From NCBI GenBank assembly GCA_032128875.1, contig JAVLKG010000004.1, positions 320,001 through 384,000 of the forward strand: 64,000 nucleotides of DNA, written 5' to 3'. Below the pieces are notes generated by a model, which saw only the letters and a list, made by a program, of their open reading frames with translations, had not been told where the DNA came from and made no database searches. Source of the stretch: Candidatus Melainabacteria bacterium 17Bon1m (GTDB lineage: Bacteria; Cyanobacteriota; Vampirovibrionia; Obscuribacterales; Obscuribacteraceae). Each line of letters starts with the position of its first letter. Position 1 is the stretch's first letter. Made by a program: the position numbers and the translations under genes. Shown piece by piece: positions 57,730 to 64,000 of this stretch.

Positions 57730-58209
57730 TCATCTGCCCGCATTGCCAGCGTTATTTTGTTTATCAGAAAGCTTTTTGACCAGGGCAGTCTCAAGTTTTG
57801 GAATATTGATTTTGAGCTTCTTGAGCAACTGATGTGCGCCGCTCTTTGGGTTTTGCACAATAGCGAGCAGCAAATGGACATCGTCTACACAGTCACTTTC
57901 GTAGCGACCCGCCAGTGCTTCAGCGGCCCTCAACAGTTCATAGGCAGTGGGTCCCCACGCACTTTCAGGCGGGCTAGGCTTGTTGGGATTTAGTTTCCCT
58001 TTTACAGTCTCCAATTCTACAAGTGCTTTCTCAGAAGAAAAGCCTTCTTCCTGCAGCAAAGCTGCTGCTGCGGACTTCGGCAGCTCGGACATAGAAATCA
58101 GCATGTGCTCAGTGCCGTAGCGCACATAAGTGACTCTGTTCTGGTCCTCTAATGTGTTTGAAAGCTCTCGCATGGTGACGAGATTGTTTGAGAACTTTCT
58201 TCGTGACAT
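57730..58209 (-). CDS. Stand-alone Clp N-terminal (Clp_N repeat) domain protein
   Basis: Two repeats, YGTEHMLISM and VDDVHLLLAI...AHQLLKKL; no AAA+ domain. Confidence 0.85.
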   Translation of the reverse strand: MSRRKFSNNLVTMRELSNTLEDQNRVTYVRYGTEHMLISMSELPKSAAAALLQEEGFSSEKALVELETVKGKLNPNKPSPPESAWGPTAYELLRAAEALAGRYESDCVDDVHLLLAIVQNPKSGAHQLLKKLKINIPKLETALVKKLSDKQNNAGNAGR

Positions 58210-58960
58210 TCTTAGCTGGATTCCTTGGGACATGAATGCGAATCTATCTATTCATATCAAGCAACTAAAACTAAAGGATCAATCCGCGAGTATTGCCCTC
58301 GGTGTCATCATGCCCCAAACAGGCTGGATCCTTTCAGTTCTATTACGGACAAGCGCCCCAGCTTAACGTTATGGGGACCTGAAATGGTTCGATTTAATGT
58401 TCATTGGGATGCCGGACCCATTCCTAACCATTTTATCTTTCTCGGCTGCCAGCCTGTGAGGCTTTGAGGGATTTGGAGCCAAAATGCCATGACTGAGGTT
58501 TGGAAGTTAAACCGATAACCGTTTAACTTCTCGAGGTGGTTTTTGACTATCAGGGCCCTGCGCCGAGCAAAAAAAAAGTGCCCTGGTTTAGCCGATCAGA
58601 AAGCCGCATCCAGTCTCGTTTATCGAGGATTTATAAACGTTTTAGTGTACGAAAAATGACCATTAGAAGCCGTTAATCTGAGCGTTTTTTGCCACTGTGT
58701 ACACGTTTTCGTTATTGACTTCTTGGCTCAAAAATCCGATAGTGAGACCAGCAAAGCGATGCGATGGTTTTCGAAGCAACTGCCAAGCATTCCATCACCA
58801 GAACACCTTTCAAGTTCAGGATCGATTTGTGGGCGCCGAAGAAACTTCGCCGCGTATCTACTTACTAAGCAAATTTAGCGACCTACCGTTCGCCTGGAGC
58901 GTGCCACTGCGCGCCCTGAATTGAGCGGTACTTACCACTTTACGAAAGGGGTTCTTTCTC

Positions 58961-59926
58961 ATGCTGCATAACGTACTTTCAAAACTGGTCAAAGACGATG
59001 TCTCTCGTCTCCAGCGCTACAAAAAGCTCAGCGTCTCCTACTCAGGACCCAACAGACGCTTGAGCAGCCTTGTTCCACCGGCACTCAATGCAGGGGACGA
59101 GTTCAAAATGCAAGCTCGTCACTTGATGGTTCGCGAATTTTTGCTCTCTCTGGCAGCTTTCGAGCGCACTTGCTGCATCCACATTTCCTCTTCCTGGAGA
59201 AAGTCTCGCGCTTCTATGCTCGTATTCCGCGGCAGAGTTCTCGGCTGCATTTACACCCGCAAGGATCTCGATGCTCCGGTCTTCGCAGAAGAAGCTTTCA
59301 CTTTGACCCAGACTGAACTTGGCGAAGTAGATACTGAAATCAGCGCTTATGAAATCGATGAAGAAATTGCACTTGCTTCCGCAGCACTTTTCTCCAGACA
59401 TACCGTCGCTGAGGAAGTTGCCGACGTGCTTCGCTCTCCATTGCAAGAGTATAAAAAGTTCCTTGAAGTTGATGCGAGTGGTTGCATCTTCGTCAACGAC
59501 GCTGATAATCAAACCATTTGCAGAGTCTATGTGCTTAACGGACTCATCGTCGGCATTTATTTGACAAGTGAAGGCTGGCTTGCGAAGGACATTAACCTGG
59601 TAGAAGACATGGTCGAGCTGGACCCAACCCTCTCATGCGAAACCTTCTTCATGCCCACTCTCGACTTGCAAGCGATTTACCAAGACGGATTTGCAGCTTC
59701 GCGTGAAGCTGGGTCGATTGTGATGTTCGACTGCAGCGTGAGAAATTCGGATGCGAAGGTCGATATATTTGCCAACTACGTTGTGACTTTCAAACGCACT
59801 TCATCCTTCTTGGCAGATAAAGCCAATTACTTGGATAGTCAAAAGAAAGTTATCGATGAATACACCGCTTATTCGAACCCGACTCCGGCTATCAAGCATG
59901 CTCACTCAGTGCATCCTCTGGTATAG
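58961..59926 (+). CDS. Hypothetical protein with an internal duplication
   Basis: 321-aa ORF; TCCIHI...LVFRGRVLGCIY is paralleled by SGCIFV...YVLNGLIVGIY; AAGGGG RBS. Confidence 0.75.
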   Translation: MLHNVLSKLVKDDVSRLQRYKKLSVSYSGPNRRLSSLVPPALNAGDEFKMQARHLMVREFLLSLAAFERTCCIHISSSWRKSRASMLVFRGRVLGCIYTRKDLDAPVFAEEAFTLTQTELGEVDTEISAYEIDEEIALASAALFSRHTVAEEVADVLRSPLQEYKKFLEVDASGCIFVNDADNQTICRVYVLNGLIVGIYLTSEGWLAKDINLVEDMVELDPTLSCETFFMPTLDLQAIYQDGFAASREAGSIVMFDCSVRNSDAKVDIFANYVVTFKRTSSFLADKANYLDSQKKVIDEYTAYSNPTPAIKHAHSVHPLV

Positions 59927-60065
59927 TTTGCCTGCTTGATGAAGGCCTGGTGTCTTTACTACAACTAATTGACGGCTCCGCCGTTTGCCTTCTTCAAGAG
60001 CTTGTCGCGCTTTCCGCCGGCAAGCTCTTGGCACTACTTATACTTTCCAGCAGAGGTTTTTCTAG

Positions 60066-60944
60066 ATGGGCAAGAAAAATAAGTCGGATAAGAAAGAAGG
60101 AAACCCTCGGCAGAAAGGTTCCGCGAAGTCCAAAGATGTTGAATCGAAGGTCGCAAAAAACGTTGAGCGGATGAAGGGCAAAGTGTACGAAGCTGAGCTT
60201 CGAGCGCTACAGGAAGAACTTTGCCATTTGCAAGATTGGGTGAAAGAAACCGGTAAGCGTATCATCATCGTCTTTGAAGGGCGCGATGCTGCGGGGAAGG
60301 GGGGAACAATCAAAGCGATTACCGAACGTGTCAGTCCGAGAGTTTTCCGTCTAATCGCGCTACCCGCGCCGACTGAGCGCGAGAAATCGCAAATGTATGT
60401 TCAGCGCTTTGTGAAACATTTTCCAGCAGCAGGTGAGATCGTGATTTTTGATCGCAGCTGGTATAACCGGGCCGGAGTCGAGCATGTAATGGGCTTCTGC
60501 ACAGACGAGCAATATAATCGCTTTCTAGAGCTTTGTCCGTTGTTTGAGAAGAACGTTGTTGAAAACGGTATTTACTTGTTTAAGTTCTGGCTGGAAGTTA
60601 GCAATGAAGAACAAAAACGTCGATTCGAAGCGAGAATAGATGACCCACTTCGGCAGTGGAAATTGAGCAATATGGACTTGCCGTCGAGAGAGCGCTGGTA
60701 TGACTATTCGCGTGCTCGTGACGCAATGCTGGACGCGACCGACACTGACCACGCTCCATGGAATGTCGTGAGTTCTGATGACAAGAAGCGGGCGAGATTG
60801 AATATCATTTCGCATTTACTCAAGCAAATTCCGTATAAACCTGTGAAACGCCCGAAAGTTAAATTGCCTGAGCGTAGTCGAAAGAAAGAGTACGACGATA
60901 TTTCTACGATGCAAAATCGTCGCTGGATTCCTGAGACATATTAG
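60066..60944 (+). CDS. ppk2: Polyphosphate kinase 2
   Basis: FEGRDAAGKGG, FDRSWYNRAGVE, DPLRQWKLS, DDKKRARLN. Confidence 0.97.
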   Translation: MGKKNKSDKKEGNPRQKGSAKSKDVESKVAKNVERMKGKVYEAELRALQEELCHLQDWVKETGKRIIIVFEGRDAAGKGGTIKAITERVSPRVFRLIALPAPTEREKSQMYVQRFVKHFPAAGEIVIFDRSWYNRAGVEHVMGFCTDEQYNRFLELCPLFEKNVVENGIYLFKFWLEVSNEEQKRRFEARIDDPLRQWKLSNMDLPSRERWYDYSRARDAMLDATDTDHAPWNVVSSDDKKRARLNIISHLLKQIPYKPVKRPKVKLPERSRKKEYDDISTMQNRRWIPETY

Positions 60945-61117
60945 TTTGAACCGCCGACAACAAGTGCTGGTGGCAAACTTTTATCTTCTGGATAAGAATT
61001 TCGGCGCCTGCGGTTCTAAAATGTGTTAATCGGTGTCCTTTTGGCGATATCTGAGTGCTTTTCAAGTGCTTGGCTTTCGATTCGTTTTGGCGCACAAGCA
61101 GAGGAAAATAAAAAGCT

Positions 61118-61903
61118 ATGGCGAAGACTCGACTCACTGAAGGCGTCACGTCAAATGATCCAAAGACAAAGCGATGGAGGTCCATGTTCGCCTCTGCGCG
61201 AATGGCTTATGGAGACGGGCAATTCAGACAGGCTGAATCGCTGTTGGCGAGAGCGGCATTGATTGCGGCGGAAATTCCGGAAAGCGAATTTGCGCTCAAG
61301 ACGACTGAGATTGCGAGTGCTGTAGTCTTGCTTGCCAGCGGAAGAACAGTCGAAGCGATACCGCGACTTCAAAAATCGATAAATCAGCTTGAAGGTTCTG
61401 TCGATCATTTGCAGAAGGAATTATTGGCAGTTACGCTGCGCTTTTACGCCTCCGCGCTCATTGACCAAGGCAAAGAGCGTGATGGTGAAACCGAACTCAA
61501 GCGTTCAATTGAAATCTTGAAAGATTTGGGATACGAAGCTCGCGTGCAGCTTGCGTATTCACTCTGCGATTTGGGTGGGCTATACCTGCGTCAAGGACGT
61601 CTCAGTGAAGGCGAAAACAACGTCATAAAAGGGTTGAAAATCATTAGTCAGGAGTTGGGGCCAGAGTCAGCTGAATACACTCGTGCAGACATGATTTATC
61701 AATTGTGCTTGCCGATGACTGACGAAGTGAGAATGGACTCTGTCGGTGATGCAATTGAAAGGATGCAGTATGGCTTTGGCTTCAAGCATCCAAATATTGA
61801 GCGCGCTGTAAATCGTTATTTGAAAGTACTGACTGAGCGTGGAGACAAAGAAAAGCTGGAAGAAACGAAAAGAAAGTTCAATATCTCCGTGGTGAAAAAA
61901 TGA
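61118..61903 (+). CDS. TPR-repeat protein
   Basis: FRQAESLL, LAYSLCDLGGLYLRQGRLSEGE TPR-like motifs. Confidence 0.85.
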   Translation: MAKTRLTEGVTSNDPKTKRWRSMFASARMAYGDGQFRQAESLLARAALIAAEIPESEFALKTTEIASAVVLLASGRTVEAIPRLQKSINQLEGSVDHLQKELLAVTLRFYASALIDQGKERDGETELKRSIEILKDLGYEARVQLAYSLCDLGGLYLRQGRLSEGENNVIKGLKIISQELGPESAEYTRADMIYQLCLPMTDEVRMDSVGDAIERMQYGFGFKHPNIERAVNRYLKVLTERGDKEKLEETKRKFNISVVKK

Positions 61904-62068
61904 TTTTTCATTAAATCCGGGCCTTTGTGTCTAGAAATTGGCTCACTCGTATAAATCCCACTATCCGAAGCAATATTAGCGTCCCAGTGCTTTCGTTCCA
62001 GGCATGCAAGCGAACTCCCTTGTGCGCTTTCGACCGATACTAACCTCTCCAATGCTAGGGGTCATACC

Positions 62069-63424
62069 ATGGCGATTGAGCAACTTTCCCGCGCGGAATC
62101 CGCGTCAGATTTTGGCCGTTTTAATAACCTGAATTTATTGGATCTCAGCGATTCGAACGAAGGGCCGACACGACACGATGTCGGTTCAAATTCTCCAGCA
62201 AAGCCGGAAGAACTTGTCCTAGATTTCTCCGTGCCTGTATTTCCTGGAGAAGAAAAGCCCGTCGCTGCGCCAGCAGAAGTTGAAAGCAAACTCCCCAACA
62301 AGTACGAGAAAACTGTTGCCGGGCAGCTTGAGGACATGAACGACGAAGCGAAGTTCACGGCTCATACCCGCGACGCGCTTCTTCGTGATGCTGATAGATT
62401 TCCGCCAGTTCGTGACGATAAAGAAAGTAGTACAACTTATACGATGGAGCTAGTCGGGTTTTCCGATCGTGAAATACCTGATGGTCAGACGATCGCCGAG
62501 CCATACAAGCGCTTAGTAAGTATCACTGTTCCTGATACTGCTGCGTCCTTGAAAGACTGCAAATTCGAGTTTCAAGACAGGGAGAAAATCTCTCAGCGTG
62601 AATTGAATGATTTGGTAGCAAGAGCGCAAAAGCGTCAAGCGCAGTTATCTGAATCTGCCGATGAGACGCATAAGTTGTCGAATCCATCAAACATCTCTTT
62701 CTTCACACACGGAATTCGTACAGCCGCTGCTAGTTCCGATCTTTATGCCTTATCTCTGCAATTAACAAATGGGCATTCTGTTGTAAATGTTGATTGGAAG
62801 TCTGTTCCGCCTTCTGAGGAAAAAGGATTCAACCTTGTACAGGCGTACCGTGACGAAAGAAGACGTGCCGCTGAGTCGTATCCCCGCTTCGAGAAATTGA
62901 TCGATGATACAATTCATGCGGTTGGAGCCGAGCGCACTGATATGATCGCATTCAGTCATGGTGCCATGTTCGATACCAGGTATTTGCAGCATCGCAAAGA
63001 TTCTGGAGCGGCTTTGTTGAATCATGTGATTTTTTCGCATCCTGACGTTCCTAATCGCATAATGCCGCAGCCTGGACAGGATGGTGCGATTGTTCCTGAA
63101 AGCCGCCTCTATTCGAGCGTTTCAAATAGAACTCATGTGATTGGGTCAACTGCCGATATGGCGATGGCTGGAGCCGCGCAAAATGATGCCGAGGCTGACG
63201 GAGTGCCTCGCTGGAAGGCTATGCTTCAACCTAATGAAGCTTACTGGCGCATTGGTAATGGCGCGCAAATCAGCCGGACATTGGTTGAAGGATGCGGTGG
63301 AACATATGTTGTGGAAACACAAAAAGGTGAGAAAAAGGACGCTATGTGCCATTTCATCAATATGGCAGGAATTGCAGAGTTGATGAACACACCACAAGTG
63401 CTGCGGATATCGCAGAAGCGATGA
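62069..63424 (+). CDS. Alpha/beta-hydrolase-like (DUF900-type) protein with long N-terminal extension
   Basis: FFTHG, VDWKS, nucleophile elbow AFSHG, SHPDV, DMAM, late His. Confidence 0.7.
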   Translation: MAIEQLSRAESASDFGRFNNLNLLDLSDSNEGPTRHDVGSNSPAKPEELVLDFSVPVFPGEEKPVAAPAEVESKLPNKYEKTVAGQLEDMNDEAKFTAHTRDALLRDADRFPPVRDDKESSTTYTMELVGFSDREIPDGQTIAEPYKRLVSITVPDTAASLKDCKFEFQDREKISQRELNDLVARAQKRQAQLSESADETHKLSNPSNISFFTHGIRTAAASSDLYALSLQLTNGHSVVNVDWKSVPPSEEKGFNLVQAYRDERRRAAESYPRFEKLIDDTIHAVGAERTDMIAFSHGAMFDTRYLQHRKDSGAALLNHVIFSHPDVPNRIMPQPGQDGAIVPESRLYSSVSNRTHVIGSTADMAMAGAAQNDAEADGVPRWKAMLQPNEAYWRIGNGAQISRTLVEGCGGTYVVETQKGEKKDAMCHFINMAGIAELMNTPQVLRISQKR

Positions 63425-63490
63425 CTTCTTTTCGTCCCAACAATCGTCCGTCTTTTCATATTATTCGTGCGATTGGTACAATCTCTTGTG

Positions 63491-64000
63491 ATGGAAAGCT
63501 CTGCGAATACCAAGGTTCTCGTCGTTGAGGACAATTTAGAACTTAATGACCTCTTGTGTGACACGTTGACGTCTCACGGCTACGCTGTGACTGCGGTTTT
63601 AAATGCTGAAGACGGCTTGGATTTGCTTTCGCGCGAGGACTTTCGGCTCATCCTTTTGGATTGGGAGTTGCCGGGTAAGTCGGGACTTGATTTATGTGCG
63701 ACGGTGCGCGCCCAAGGACTTGATTCATCCATTTTATTCTTGACGGGGCGGTCTGACATCAATGATAAAGTTGCCGGATTGGATACCGGCGGTGATGATT
63801 ATCTGACGAAGCCGTTTGAGATGCGTGAAGTGTTAGCGCGCGTGCGAACTTTGCTGAGCAGACCAAATGCACTGTCGCGCACCGTGATTAGTATTGCGGG
63901 TGTGCAGTTGGACAAAGAAAACAATACCGTGTCAGTCAATGGCAAGCCTGTCAAACTAACTCCGCAGGAATACAGCATCTTGAACATACTGATGACTCAT
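63491..64000 (+). CDS. OmpR/PhoB-family response regulator (runs off the window)
   Basis: MESSANTKVLVVED...LLDWELPGKSG...FLTG...GGDDYLTKPF...LTPQEYSIL. Not in the ORF track because it is truncated. Confidence 0.95.
   Translation, partial: MESSANTKVLVVEDNLELNDLLCDTLTSHGYAVTAVLNAEDGLDLLSREDFRLILLDWELPGKSGLDLCATVRAQGLDSSILFLTGRSDINDKVAGLDTGGDDYLTKPFEMREVLARVRTLLSRPNALSRTVISIAGVQLDKENNTVSVNGKPVKLTPQEYSILNILMTH

Noticed and set aside
58880-58930. CCGTTCGCCTGG resembling the 3' end of a ZTP riboswitch
   Set aside because: The 5' conserved elements are missing and the downstream gene is unrelated to purine or folate metabolism.
1-64000. tRNA, rRNA, CRISPR arrays and IS elements
   Set aside because: None recognised by eye; tRNAscan, Infernal and CRISPR finders would be needed to exclude them formally.

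Overview
A gene-dense bacterial chromosomal window of roughly balanced GC content with about 70 CDS. I found no rRNA, tRNA, CRISPR array, transposase or phage module. The gene mix suggests a non-photosynthetic cyanobacterial relative (Vampirovibrionia/Melainabacteria, Obscuribacterales-like): secreted caspase-family protein, REC-Ser/Thr kinase fusion, many TPR proteins, Gly-tailed RRM protein, CxxC zinc-ribbon protein. That taxonomy is inference only. Recognisable genes are recQ, an M13 peptidase, a ROK kinase, an NRAMP-type transporter, udgX, a Crp/Fnr regulator, a ygiB/ygiC-like pair, two tandem pol-beta nucleotidyltransferases, ppa, a paoABCD-mocA aldehyde oxidoreductase operon, umuDC and ppk2. 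Main highlights: (1) A three-gene operon at 3523-7835 encodes a Tat-exported thiocyanate dehydrogenase (TcDH) homologue, an FtsX/MacB-type permease and an ABC ATPase fused to an unknown membrane-anchored domain. The TcDH homologue keeps all recalled copper and catalytic residues except one Cu3 histidine (His to Gln), and no sulfur-oxidation partner genes are in the window. (2) An ECF-type promoter motif, GGAAC-N17-GTC, occurs in 8 exact copies plus 2 near copies in front of stress genes and tiny ORFs, outlining a candidate small-protein stress regulon. (3) Further oddities: three single-TM microproteins sharing an N-x3-V-x-M signature, a UmuD with Arg at the catalytic Lys position, and a SUI1 domain fused to a degenerate LMW-phosphatase-like domain. 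All family assignments come from motif recognition, with no database search.
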